Notes: generated from the sequence alone by a model not told the origin. DNA of 64,000 nucleotides from Bugula neritina (GCA_964035545.1 OZ037771.1:9603408-9667407); one strand, 5' to 3'. Counted from the first letter of the stretch, positions 1 to 14,100 are shown. Translations and numbers: made by a program.

Positions 1-1165
1 TCATCAGCGGACCATGGGATGTCATGTTGGACATCTCTACGAAGTCGACTAACCCTCCTTCTCCCACTTTCTCGATCTCATCAGGCCATTTATCTCAGAC
101 CCGACTCGCTATGAACGGCTGCGCCAAGAGTTCCCCGCGCCCCGTGCCATCACACAAGGACCCTGCCCCAAGCCCCCCGGGGTTTAAGAAACCACACACG
201 CCCCGTCCCTCACCCCCCGCTCACACAGTGCCCCGTCCCAACTCCATACCCAGAGTCGTGCTGCAACGAATAGAAGTGCCCCAACGATGGCGACCCTCCC
301 CTCCCGTTTCCCCACGACCCTCCCGTAAACGATGTTGGCTATCTTCATCCCCCAATCGCCACTCTGCCCCCGCCCGGAACCTAAAGGAAACGGAAGATCG
401 AATACCTGAATTGGAGAGAGAAGTGCAAAGGTTGGCGCCTAGGATATCTGCCGCCGCCTCCGGGCTCTCCGCGACTCTGCGGCCCAACTGAAGAGGAATG
501 CTTAAGACAGAGTGTCTAACCCTCTCTTTTCTCTACTTGTCCTACTCCCCCGTCCCTTACTATGCCGCAGGTGGTTTCTCCCTTACAGCCTCTACCTCGT
601 GCCCCGGTGCCATAACAAATCTCCCGTTATGACAATCTGGTAGCTAGTCCATAAGTGTATATTTTTTTTAGTCGTCTGGGCCGTCAGCCTATAAGTGCCT
701 CTCAACATTAGTAACACGGCGTCGTGTTCATACTGTTTTATGTTTTTTTTGTATTTGTGTTTTTTTATGTACATACCATACGCATCTCTCTCTATTTTTA
801 TATTTTCTCTACTATTATATTTTTATTATTTTATCTGTTGTATCAGGAAGGTAGGCTTCCTGCTGGGGGGGGCGGTGTAGTGGAACACGCAATACGCGCC
901 TCCACGTGTCCCCTAGCCAATGAGAGATGCGTCAGGTGACAACCCCCAGCGATGCGTAACTAGAAAGTTGTTGTAATAGAGAGAGCGTACGAGTAACTAG
1001 TGAGGATGTAATTCATTTAATCTGTGTGTTTTCTTGTATAATTTTATTAGTATGTAACTGTAAATAAATATCTTTTAATCCTATCACAAGCCCTATATTG
1101 CTGCGGATAACTAAATCATAATTACAAGCTAGGAACCACGCATTAACACTGTGTAAATCACAACA
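1..1165 (+). mobile_element. 3' end of Ty3/Gypsy element G0: remnant of accessory ORF3, U-rich tract, hairpin, PPT, 3' LTR (876-1165); lies upstream of the first visible GEMIN8 exon, probably intronic
   Basis: G-rich PPT (865-875) then TGTAGTGG...TCACAACA. Frame 2 reads HQRTMGCHVGHLYEVD*PSFSHFLDLIRPFI, matching ORF3 of G1-G3; frame 3 gives coiled coil LKETEDRIPELEREVQRLAP. Same hairpin-PPT layout as G1-G3. Confidence 0.85.
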
Positions 1166-1238
1166 CATTTTCACCTGTTTTGTATTCTATAATGTATCAA
1201 AACTTTTTAATTAAGATCTATTACATCATTTTGTGTAG

Positions 1239-2608
1239 ATGCGAAAAAAAGTAAAGAAGATAAAGAACGAATGGAGGTTGACTGCAAAGGTAATCCTTTA
1301 TCTTAATAGCCTTCCCATAGTTTAGATTTGCCTCCTCGCAATAAAGAAACACTTTCTAGTTGAAAAGTACATCTTCATCATTTTAATCGTGAAACCGGAG
1401 CATATTCCTTTAAACTCTGTTGAGAGTGAAAGTGGGATTGTGAAAATTTATAAAGTTATAAAATTCTGTAAAAGCAGGTTTAGCAATTTATCATACTTTT
1501 ATCAATGTAATTTATTAAAAAAACTCATTTCAGAGTTATCTTATAGTTATTTCGCTCAAATGTTGTATTCTTAGAGTGGAAACAACTTCAACTTATTATC
1601 ATAATTACTATATATGACCACAAACTTTGGACCAATTGAGACTTTGCCTTCACTCACTACTCAGCTGTGTTCTTGAGACATGATGCACATTTTCTCACAT
1701 TGTGCTGTAGGAATACTTATTAATGATGATGTAAGGATTGCTCCACCAACTGAACAGCCTGGCATGAGACGGACACATGAAATTAAGTTACTTTATGGTT
1801 CTCAGTCTGATAAGGTATGAAATCATTCTTCAGTTTCAGACTATTACTTAATGCAAAGTAGAGGGAAACAACTCTTATAGTTGTTTTTCACTTTTTACTT
1901 TACTGATTGGCTAAGCCTAGGGCCACACTGTGCGTATTTTCGCATGCGAAAATTAAAATCACAAATAGCAAAGGTGTCCACTGTAGCGTCAGTGATGCGT
2001 GATAAATAAAGCTTTCATTTTTAAATCGCACTCGCTTTCAATAAAACGCAATTTACTGGAATATAGCACTAAATAAAGAAATTGGGCTCGCTGAATAACT
2101 ACCAGCCAATTAGGTGACGACGACAGAGACGATTCGCACTTGCGTTGAAAATGCAGAGCGACAAGTGCGAAGGTTTTCTCAACGCGCACAGTGGACACCT
2201 TTGCTACTTGTGATTTCAATTTTCGCATGCGAAAATACGCGCCGTGTGGCCCTAGGCTAAGTGTTGTCTCAAATCTTGTACTTTAAGTTTCTACCACCTT
2301 GAGGTTTAAAGTGTTCATGGTTGTCTTAAGATCTCTCACATATTAAGCCGATTTGACTTATACACAAAGTCATAATTTTACATTTAATAATATGTTGTTA
2401 TTCGATTAATGACCTTTCTTTAGTTTTGCAGTGCTTTTTTTTAAATAAAACTGCTATATTATTATATAATTGAATTTAGAAATTATGTATGCTGTGTATG
2501 CAGGTGCATGGAATGGAAACTTCTCAGCAACTAAGCTTCCAACAAGCTTGTGACAAGTTGAAACCTGTGTCGTGGCCCAACATACCTCTGAAGTTAACTT
2601 TCTCATAG
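1239..2608 (+). CDS. GEMIN8: Gem-associated protein 8 (SMN complex), last three coding exons: 1239-1289, 1711-1814, 2504-2608
   Basis: GT-AG exons join in phase to ...DDVRIAPPTEQPGMRRTHEIKLLYGSQSDKVHGMETSQQLSFQQACDKLKPVSWPNIPLKLTFS*, recognisably like the human GEMIN8 C-terminus (APTERPGERR..EMKRLYG..KIQAME...QLSFDKHCD..QPKYWPVIPLKF). Exon 1239-1289 is less certain. Confidence 0.88.
1915..2257. mobile_element. PIF/Harbinger-type MITE in last GEMIN8 intron
   Basis: ~70-bp inverted termini GCCTAGGGCCACAC...GTGTGGCCCTAGGC; TAA target duplication at 1912-1914 and 2258-2260. Confidence 0.85.
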
Positions 2609-3075
2609 GAAATTCATTTGAAGATCTGTTTACATGATTACATTAGCTATTATATACTGCTAGTATACTAATCTAGTTGGTAATACTGCTGTGAAACTCA
2701 ATGTGTTTATATGCTATATACTATAAGCTCTGGAATTTATCATTAATTATTGATCTAAACTTAGTAAAGAAATAGGCACTATTCTTTTGTATTTATAGAA
2801 GTATCACTTACTCAGTTTTTCTTGATGCTAATCAATGAAAAATTATAGGCTATTATGGGATGATTTATGTTTTATTCAAGTCTAATAAACACGTATTAAT
2901 AAGCATAACTTGGATTTCTAATCTTAAATCTTAATTTAATACAACACAATGTGTTCACGAAAACAATAACAACTATAACATCTCTAGTTTAGATTTCAAT
3001 TTGGGCACATGTACTCTTTAGGTAAATAGTTTCATTTGATCTCTAATGTTCGTTTATTAGTCTGATAGCTTTTAG

Positions 3076-3850
3076 TTATAGTTCATCCTTGCTCTTTTGC
3101 TTCAACGTTTCCACACAAGAGGCCAAATCCTGTAAATTTTCATCATGGTTATAGCATCTGATTGGTCGAACCAGTATGGAATGCACAGCATATATAATAT
3201 TAAACATTTCATTTTAAATGTTTCAACATTAGAGCTGTGAGTATCAGCACAGATGTACTACCGAAATGTGCAGGTGTATGGGATTTTACGTAAAAATGGC
3301 ACAGGTAATAATATCACAAATGAAAAAAAGTAGGTATAAATAGCAGGCTGATGTTAAATTTGCCCAAACCCGAACCCCCACCCTCAAACCCAAGCCCCAA
3401 CCACAAAACCAAACCCCAAATCGCTAACTACGAACCCAAAATTCCAACACGAATATTACAAGTATGCCACTTTTACCTACTTTTTCATTTGAGCCTTTTT
3501 TACCTGTGCCAGCAATTTTTCCTGTTCCATGTTCACCTGTGCCAATTTTACCAGATGGCCATGTAAGGCCAATATAAACTAGCATCACAATAAGTATTTA
3601 GTTATAGGTGCAAATTCATGTTACTTACATGGGAGATTTCCATCATTTCATGCTCATCAACAACATCATTGTCTGCAAACATTAAACAGCTAATAATTTG
3701 ACAGAAATGAAAATCTATTATTTTATGTTCTGCTTATAAAGATAGCAAAGGGCTACTTGGTGGTTAATATAAATGATTTGCTATTTAGTATAAGTTAAAA
3801 TAAATATATTATATACAGTATATATGTATATATGTATATATGTATATATA

Positions 3851-3942
<92 letters not shown>

Positions 3943-6900
3943 AAGCGGAGATATGTATGTATGTATATATTTATGTATGTATGTATGTATGTATGTATGT
4001 ATGTTTATGCAGTGTCTTTTCTTGACTCCATTGAAAAAAGCAGCAAAACACTTGTATTATGTAGTTTAGGAATGCAAAGTTGCTCTGCAATGACATACAT
4101 AGTATTTTAAATATGCTTACAGTTTTTGTCTAGCAGAGTTAAAAAATCTTTTCTTCCTTCTTTTAAAGATATGATGCTATTTTGATTGGTGTCTAGACAT
4201 AAAGCTAAGGCTTGGCCATCTAGAAGACTAGGGGACAGCTTGGTATAGTCTTGCACAAACTTGGCAAAGTCCAAAGTTGTAATCTCTAGTTAATAACAAC
4301 ACAGTAGAATGAGCAGCAAACAAAGTACCAAGACTAAAGCTTGCATCTAAACTCATAGGAATGTTTTTATTCAGCATTCTAAAATATTATTGATTCACCC
4401 ATGTAAATATGTATGTGCCCTTATTCAACAACACAGCAACTATATCATTACAACTAAGACACTGAAATTCCGATAATAACATCATATTTAAAAGGTAGAT
4501 TATGTGGTTCAGTTCTTATCAAGCTGACAGAAAAGGACTCATCATTAGGTTATGCATGTATGTTTACTTGGGATGACCTTGAGCAAATGGTGTATAGATT
4601 ATACTTCAAACAGTGAAGCCCATTCTGGTCACATGGCCAGTTGGCCAACTTTAATTTGACCCACTAAACATACATTGGTCACATGACCAGTTGGCATACT
4701 TTGACCTACTAGACATACTTTCATTTGGTTGAGACTTTAAAAGTTTCAAAATTGGATTCATCAGTTCAGTCCCATCAAGACTACCAGAACTGTCTCCATC
4801 TAGTTGGACAAACAAATCATGGTATGGTGTGTTTTGACTGGGACTTTCCTTAGTTCTGCCTCCATTCACTAACACAGTCTCCAACTCTTCTCTCTCCACC
4901 AGTTTATTACCTTTAGACAAATAACTGATAGCATTATGAAAAAAGTGTGTCACTCTAAACATTTGTTACAATGCAGCTAGTTACAAACACGTGCGATTTC
5001 TTACACAAATTTTCTTAAGAAATGTAACAACGTTTTAGGCTGCAAAATTGCAGATAATAGTAGCTCATAGCACCCTATCGGTTAGTGTTCCCGCACAGCT
5101 CTAGTAGTGGTAAAGGTTTAGTCAAGAAATATAAAAGCCCTTGGAGATAAAAACGTGGGCTTTAAACTAAGATATCTCATGTGAAAGTAATAACCTGAGT
5201 TGGGTATAAAATGTGCTAAAACAGTACACATACTAAAGTTTGCCCAGAACTAGTAGAATAGCTGACAAAATTATATATAACAGAAAAATAATATTATTTA
5301 TTGCTTGAGCTGTAGCAAAGTTCTATAATTTCATGGGTATAAGCCAGCAAAAGCTAAAAGATGCAGAGTTTACTAGAGTTCATGTAATTATTGTATAGTA
5401 ATAGTAGTTGGTATTTAACCTGCAGTATCTAAATAGGACGGAGTGGAGATAGGTGAGGATAGGTGCATGAATATTTAACCTGCATTATAATTCAAGTATA
5501 ATATCAAAAAAAATTATGTAGTTACAATTCATTTTTGCAAGATTACATTTACTAGACAAAGATTAAGTAGGGCACTTGCCATTAGTGTCAGCATATTCAA
5601 AGAATGTGTTTGTATAATCTTCTTGATCTGGTTTAGAGTCACGTGTCAGCAGCCACCACATGTCCTCAAACACGTTATCCTCCATAAGGGGAGGATAACC
5701 CTTCAACATGTATTTAAGCTCATCATATCCAAGAACTGGCTTTGGCTCTAGAATAAACGAATGGCGTCTTTTACCATGGCATTACTCGATGTGATTGAGA
5801 TTATATACTTGTTTTGAGATTATTATATTGTGCACTATCTAAAAATCTAATAGTATAAACTATTTAACAAAACTCATCAGCATAAAACACAAACCATGCA
5901 TATTAAAACGGAATTGTGGGATGCAGCTTCAATGCAATTTTCTAAGTATTGGTTAGAGAAATTGAGACAAACTTTCAGTTAAAGGTTCAAAAATAAACTA
6001 TCTTCAGCTTACATTTACTTGCTGAAATTAGAGGCTGATTTACTCATACAACTTGGTGCAACACTTATATTATAAGTAAGTTGGTGCAAGCTGTGTTGCT
6101 AAGTTTGCATTGTTTCAAATTAATAGTCATCACTGCATTTTTAAATCAAAAAAAGAGAAATTGAGACAGTTGAATATATCAAGTACATGAGGATTTATAT
6201 AAAATGCTGAATGTGGCAATACTAATCATAACATCAACAGTTGCAAAATGGCATATATCCAGCTATAAGCTAATGCCAATGCCAATGCATGTGACACCAT
6301 ATGCGTGGCAAAATAAACATCATACAATTACTGTAGAAGAAAAATTTTGGCAGCATACTTCCAAAGCTAAGAAAGCTCAGCTTGTCTCCAACCTCAGCTA
6401 AACTAATTTTACCATCTTCATCACTGTCTAGCAAACTGAACATATATTCCAGATGCTGGTGTTTATCTCGTTCATCATACGATAAATCTGCTGGTGGAGG
6501 TTTATTTAACCAACGAGGTCTTTTCTGGCTGCTAGCACTGTTTAGAGTAATACATGATAAAACCAAAGAGTTACCACAGTTTTGGAATTCCCTGACTGTG
6601 TTAGCTCTTGGGTATAAATTATAGAAATTCACAAGCAATTCTTTATTAATGCGCACAGCTAATATAATAATTTTTGTAAGGATTTGAGGATTTAAAAGTG
6701 CTATAAAGAGTTAACAAGTATTTTACAGTTTCATCAAGATTAAATTATGAAACCTTTATTTTGAGCAAATTAACTTGTCTGAATTTGCAAAGATGTTTAG
6801 GACTATAATGTATATTGTAGCAAAAAGTTAACTGAAAGGCTAAAACCAAGATGTGGGTGCAGCTAATACATCAGTATACATCAGGCATCAGTAATACGAA

Positions 6901-7116
6901 TAGTAATAGTTTTAGATTTGAAATGTGACGAAGCATTATGATTTTCTCTCAATTTAACTGCTAAAACTCTAGGTGACCACAAAACATGTTTGTAATAAAT
7001 ATGTGTTAGTATAATACCTAGTAACTATTTATAATTTACAAAAAAACTTACCCTAGTGTAAATGTAGTTGTCAACGAAACTGTCAATGAGATCAATAAAA
7101 TCACTCTATGAACCAT
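3076..7116 (-). CDS. ER-luminal multi-EF-hand Ca-binding protein (CREC-like layout), 288 aa; exons 7116-7052, 6537-6359, 5747-5580, 4910-4719, 4285-4121, 3672-3629, 3129-3076
   Basis: Seven exons sum to 867 nt in one open frame: signal peptide [24 protein letters not shown]-hand loops [61 protein letters not shown]-terminal KSKDEL*. Two loops form only across splice junctions, supporting the model. Confidence 0.88.
3255..3556. mobile_element. Degenerate foldback/MITE-like element with C/A-rich core, in last intron of the EF-hand gene
   Basis: Inverted arms TGGCACAGGTAA/TTACCTGTGCCA and AAATGAAAAAAAGTAGGTA/TACCTACTTTTTCATTT around an AACCC-rich core (~3363-3440). Ends not sharp. Confidence 0.55.
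3803..4003. repeat. (TA)n followed by (TATG)n microsatellite
   Basis: Directly visible. Confidence 0.95.
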
Positions 7117-8183
7117 GTTTTCCACCAATTCAATATGTATGCTTACTAATATCAATATATTAAATTGCTATTATGACAAAGTTTATATGGGAACTATACT
7201 AGCGTCAACTTGTTAGTACAACTATTACTAATGTGATCATAGAAATATTGCTTGCATTTACAATGCAGCCTATTATAGATCTATAATCGCGATGCGTCAA
7301 ACAATGCTGTTTACGTTATGCTTCAGCACATATTGCAAAAATTTGAATTGTTTGATTTGATTCGTTATTGGCTGCTCACTACATTAGAGCGAATTGAGGT
7401 CACGATAGCAACAATGAGAGCATATGACAACTCCAAATTTTCTTTTATGAGCTTGTTGCACCATTCCAATAATTCTTTCAAGCATTGAATATGTTTACTA
7501 GGTCAAGTGCTGACTTTTTAAGAGTATTGGTTGCGCTGTGATGAAGGCTACAATGTGCTAAGTACAAGCTACATTTAAATATAAATTAAAGTAACTCATG
7601 TAATGGCTGAAATCGAGTTTTTATTATCCGAAATTGAAAATAAAACAGTTTTATACCCACCAGCATAATCATATTGAATATTAAAATATTTTAATAATAA
7701 TTGACGGAGTTTTGCTAATGCTGATTATATAAGAATTCTGGTGCAAAAATATTAGGCTGAAAAATAACAATAAATTGCACGTGACTAGCTACTAACATTA
7801 TTGGTATGGTGATCAGAAGCAGTGCATTTTTAAAAGCATGAGTAAAACTACAGATTATTCTGGGAGAATCTGTCTGTAGCTAAGCCACCATGTTTAGTCA
7901 TTAGAAACACATCATTTTATATTAGGCATTTGGGACATATGAATATTGTCAAAAAATAACTATATCGTACCTAGTTGACTAACTTAAAGCAACTGATGCA
8001 ACTATGGTGTATAGTTATTAATAAATAATAACTTTATCTGCTAGTAATGAAGTCATTGCAACTTTGGTTTATTCAATCACCTCTTGGCTTAACTGGACAG
8101 AGTATACTGTGATCAGTAGGCTATAGCCTACATGTGAAGACCATTAGGCTATACATGTGAGGACCGATTGATCTGACACCGAG

Positions 8184-11100
8184 CTAATAAAATGGCAATG
8201 CTTTAATGAACGTCTCCAGTTTATCTTTAAACAACTCACTAGTGATGGGCTGGTTTAGAGGACAGAGTGGGTTCTTCACCACATATTCCACATATATCTG
8301 AAACAGTAAGTTTAAATTCATTACTTATGATATGCTATTTTTTTTAATAAACAAAAAGTATAGCTTAATTTTTACAAGTAATTTTCTCAAGCTTTTTAAC
8401 TTGTTATTTTTATCCCAAATTTATATAATAAATTTTAATTGACAGTTTTAGTTTTAATTACAAGAAAACACTACTAGTTTTATGTACCTGCAAAAGCAGA
8501 ATAGCTCAATACTTATGCTAAACTTACAAATAAACAAAAAAAAACACAAATTTCTATAAGAAAAAACACTGATAGAAGGACAAATTTAGTATACACAATA
8601 CAAACAAGACTGTGCTTGTTGACCTTTGGGTGTTGCAATATAATAATATCTATTATACACAGAAATTATTGTGAGTATGAAGTTTCTGGAGGAAAAAAGT
8701 TAAAAAAAAGTTTCACACACCAGTCTAACAACTGGTTTGTACTAATATAAAGGAATACAAAGTAAAAGCTGCCCAAAGATAAAAATCAAATAGAATAATA
8801 CAAATGTTATGGAGCTATTCATAAAGCATTATGCCTACTAGATCATTACAACTTATCTTAAGGATAGTGGAAAAACAGTTCAAAATACATAAATAGAAGA
8901 TAATATATCAGTAAAACATATATTTACATGATAGAAAAGAGAAGGGGGATGATACTCAGTTATTGCATCTTGAAAAATATCAATACCAAAGGTTGTAATA
9001 TAAGTTGTTGGAGTTTTGACCAATAGATATATAGTAATGTCCAGGTTGAAGATAATAAAATAAAAATGAGTGGAATGAAAACATAAAACGAAATGAACAA
9101 TAAAATGTCACCATTATAAGTATATATTTGTTTCAGAATACTCTATTTTAAAAAATGCAGCAATTGCAGTAGATTATAGAGTGATACAAATACAAAAATT
9201 TACAAAAACAATGAAATGGAGTATAATAACATAACTTTAATAATTCAATATCATTTATTTATCAAAGTACAATTAAATAAAAAATTAATTAATATTTGAG
9301 TACAACTATACTATTTGACCTAATATTATTACTAATCAGTTAGTATTACATGATTAGTACAAAAATATCAGTATTACTAATAGTATTACTAAAAATAACG
9401 TCCAAGTCTAATAGTAGCACTTATAGAATTATAGTTACAAATAGACAAAAAACATAGTGCGGTAAAGTAACACGCTATGAGTATTACTATGAGTCTACAA
9501 TTCGTTAACATAAACAACTTAAACTACAGTTATATTGAAATACGATTTAAACTGAAAATATAATTCATAGTCTAACCGCCGCACAGATGTGAAAAAAGTT
9601 GAATTAGTATAGTGTCTACCTGACCATACAGCTGACAAAGGGTCTCCCTTATATCACCTACATCAGTGCTCGTATTCATTACTAGCTTTAAACCTGATGG
9701 CGTTTCATAATAATGCAGTTTATATTTGCTATTGAAATTTGATAAAGATATAATCATAGTAACATAAATTACATTAAAGCAGAAATTTATCTTAAAATTC
9801 TATTGCCTCCAACAGGCTGCACATCACTAGCAAAAATTAATATCGACACTTTGTAATTATGCTTCTCTAAAATACCTAAATGACAATAGAGGCTTTTCAC
9901 AAGTCCCTCTGGGGACATTTGTATTTTGGAGTTGTCTCCTCCCAGACGGGCGAGGTGTAGTCTCCATGACATATAAAACAAGCACATAAAATCAGTATAA
10001 CTTTGTGGTTTGTGTGAGGACTATTACTAGTACGAGTTTCATTTTTTCTGAGATTAATATTTTGGCATAAACACACAGTTTAGCAGTTCCAGAAAAATTT
10101 TAAAAGTTTTCTTTCTTCAAAAATCTTGAGAAAAATTAAGTTCAAAGCATGTTTGTGGTTTTGGTTACTGCATGAGCAAGCTGAATTGGCAACTATGAGA
10201 TAAGTCCCATTAATCATTTGTTATACTGGCTGTCATATCCAATTTATAGCTGTTGACCTTTCAACTCTTTGGTCAGAATCTGCAATTAACACAGTCTTAG
10301 AGCACTGCTAGTGAAGGAAACAGCAGATTAGCTGTGTTAGCATTTTTATTACACTTACACTTTATTACACAATAGCTAGACTATAACCTCAACATCCATC
10401 ATTTTCACAAAAAGCATTCTCACAAAACTATAAATATATATTAAATAGACAGATTAAATTTGTAGTATCAAAATGATGTGTGGTAGCATGTGCATTTAAT
10501 TATACTTTGAAAAGTTTGTGCTACATTATGTTCAAGGGACCGTGAATGCTTTACATATTTTCATGTTATCGCTAAAACTTCTTTAAAATATTACCAAGAA
10601 AAGCAAAGCTCAGTTTATGCAAAAGAATTATTAAAAAAACTTTATATTTAGGCAGGCATCTTTTCATTTATTAATAGTTTTATTTAAAAGATTTAATTGA
10701 AATGTTATACTGTAATGGATTTCAGTAGTGCAACTAACAATTAGTTTATATATCGAAAGGGTCGACTCTATGTTATCTTATTGTGGAGGTTGACTACATC
10801 GACTCCCAGCCAACGTACATCTTACAGTCGACAGTGGCACCACTAATAGCTTATTCACACACGATGTTTTTTGTTCGTTGGGTCCTACGAATGCCCAACT
10901 AACAATCATCGCACCTCTTTGTCGCGCCAGCTGCAATAATAGTGTATAGTTGCTTAGCAACAGTGCTTTTACTAGCAAAGTTGTGACTAGTTAAATTTAG
11001 CGATAACTAAGTAAAAATAATTATAATCAAATATGAAACATTTAAATTATGACAAATTTATTAGCCAAACAAAACCTAAAGATTTAGTAGATTTATGTTT

Positions 11101-14100
11101 AACAACAGTTGGACTGTTAAAAGGAAATGAAAATGACACGTAAAACTGCAATGCCGTAGTCGTGCTTTTATATCAAACTCAAACTGATTATTTATTTTTT
11201 CGTAGCCTTTCATTACTTATTCTACTTATATTTTTTATTGTTGCTAAATAAAAAATTAAAATGACCTGTTTTATAGTAGTTTTTCTATGAAAGAACTATA
11301 GCTAAGATGTTTCAGCTGGAACAATTATAAAATAAAATAGAAGTTGGTAGTGTCTACTTTAGGTGAAATGATTCAGTTGCATCAGTTTCAATTTAACTAC
11401 ATTTTAACTTTTTTTCAAGTCACTGCTACTCATTGTGCACATCAACTCAGTTGCCTACGTGCATCTTTGTATTCAAGATCACAAAGATCATACTGATACA
11501 GTGCAGCTGGTCAAGCTATGATGATTTCTATAAAAAAACGTACTTCCGTCATGAAAACTGCTTGAAATAATTTTAAAATGCTGCTGACTAGCAAAATAAT
11601 ATGTTTCCTACAAATTTGCTCATTTTGATTAATTAGCAATTATTATTATTAATATTACTAAAATATTGATTATTTAGTTTAGTTACAATGCCGCAATGTT
11701 TGCCATGTGCATTATGCCCGCGCTTTTTGCTTTTTTAAATAAGCCAATGATGTGCGATCAGATAAAATTTGTCAGCTGAAACCTAGCTGGGTCAGGTTCC
11801 AACGAAACTGTGAAAAGTCGATCACGTGATCCAAAACGAACAAACTCTTCTGCTGTCAGACCAATCAAAGAACGCTAGTTTGGCGCAATTGACGCAATTG
11901 TCCGATCACGTGATCCAAAACTAACAAAATTTGTATTCGTCGTGCCATTTTGGTTCGCTATTCGTCCAATTCGTTGATCGTGTGAATAAGCTATAATACC
12001 AGCCAATCAGGAAGGACTGTTAATTGATAGCAGGTGGAGCTAGCTACGCGTAGTGGAAGCACGCTGAGTAGCTAGCCGGGCAGAGCAGCTTGGGACTTAG
12101 CTTAGAGTAGTTGTGTGCAAAGTGCTCAGTGTTATGTAATCGTACAATTCATGTTAGTAATTCAATTCTTGTATCTTGTAAATAATGAACTTGTTATAAC
12201 GTAAATAACCTGGTGTAGTAGCTTTGTATAAGTCGACCCACATAATATAGTGAATTGAGAAACTCACTACAATACTTGATTTTAACTTACATATTATTCT
12301 CACTAATGCCTATCTTAGCTGTAATATTCTAATTGGTGCTGTCATGACTTGTAGCTAACTTCTAAAATTTTATGTCATTCAAATGTGAGTCTCAAATTAA
12401 AGAAAGGCTTTATAACACTTTGTGACCCATGGGATCAAGCAAGCTAGTTGTATAACTGCAGCTGAGTGTCAATGACATTAGCTCATGATATTTGAAGCAT
12501 GAGAAGTTGAGAAGCTTTAACATTAAACAGTTTAACTGAAAACCCAAGCAAAATGTTAATAACCCAATTTTATCAACATGCTTTCACTGCTTCACTTGTA
12601 AGAATCTGCTTAATACTTTTCAACCAGAATTTCCTTCTAAAGTAATTTTCAGATAATTCAGTTTATGCTGCAATTTGATGAGTTGGGAAACTTGGACTTT
12701 CAGGTGCAGTAGTGATTAGATTAGTTTACCTATTTTATATTATACCAATTTTATCATATAACTATATTTTAACCTACCATGCACCTACATTAACTAGGAT
12801 CTTGAATCTACCGCAGCTGACGGAGATGACTACTACACACAAGGTAGATCCAGTACTAACGGAAAAATTGAGAAAAGCCTTTGTTCTAGATTAGAAATTT
12901 AGCAAAAAAGTTGTGTTATACGCAACACCAACATTTGCAAAGAAATTTAAAGAGCTTAGGCTATCTCAATTTCTTCACTACTGCATGCTCCTAAATGCTA
13001 CAAGCCACAGGCATAATTAAGAAATAACAAAACTGTAACACAAGGGCCTGAATGCCAACTGCTAAAAGGCTATCTGAGTTTTTGATTAAATTATCTAGAT
13101 ATATATTTATTTGAGCACAATTGTTACAATTGCAATAGATGCATTTAACCTGTATAAGAGAATTAACAGACATGTATCAATACACATTTCATATTCGATC
13201 TATACTACAAATTTAATCTGTCTATTTAAAATATATCTATAGCTTTGTAAAAATGCTTTTTGTGAAAATGATGGATGTTGAGGTAGCCTAGCTATTCTCA
13301 TAGCATAAGTGTATAAGTATAGTTAATTTAACATTCTAACACAGCTAATCTGCTGTAACAAATGATTAATGGGACTTATCTCATAGTTGCCAATTCAGCT
13401 TGCTCATGCAGTAACCAAAACCACAAACATGCTTTGAACTTAATTTCTCTCAAGATTTTTGAAGAAAAAAAATTTTAAAATTTTTTCCGAAACTGCTAAC
13501 CTGTGTGCTTATGCCAAAATATTAATCTCAGGAAAAATGAAACTCGTACTAGTAATAGTCCTCACACAAACCACAAAGTTATACTGATTTTATGTGCTTG
13601 TTTTATATGTCATGGAGACTACACCTCGCCCGTCTGGGAGGAGACAACTCCAAAATACAAATGTCCCCAGAGGGACTTGTGAAAAGCCTCTATAGAGAGA
13701 AGCTTCGTTAATATTTTTTATTTGTATGAGTAACATGTTTAGAATGTAAATTATACAACTAAAGGCCTGGTCTCACGATCGTGAAAATCACAAGAAAATC
13801 ATGTGGCGATTTTCGTAAGTTATCCTCTTGTTTTGACCAGCCACACACTCGTCGGACGAAACACATAGAAATTAGTCCGTGAATGAGTCTTGCACGAGAT
13901 ACAAACAGCAGAAAATTGCAAAACAGAGAAACGTGATAAAAATAAAATAATCACTGTTGCTAAAATTCTGTTGACCAATCAAATGGTGCTTATCTTTGAT
14001 TGTGATTTTTCGTTCATCGTCATCGTTGTGTACACCCAACGAAGACGATTTTGTTTGAATTCCCTCAAATGTTTTCATACGAATGTTTTTTTCGTGTCAA

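Larger units (their letters stand above)
9886..13693. repeat. Long inverted repeat in TRAPPC1 intron 3, arms ~9886-10468 and ~13202-13693
   Basis: 9886-10223 is almost the exact reverse complement of 13356-13693; inner parts are more diverged and the left arm has ~100 extra bp. Confidence 0.9.

Noticed and set aside
6270-6656. ORF-track proteins 6270-6656 and 4651-4962 as standalone genes
   Set aside because: They are internal exons of the spliced EF-hand gene extended into introns.
9572-9757. Separate second TRAPPC1 gene
   Set aside because: Only part of one exon is duplicated.
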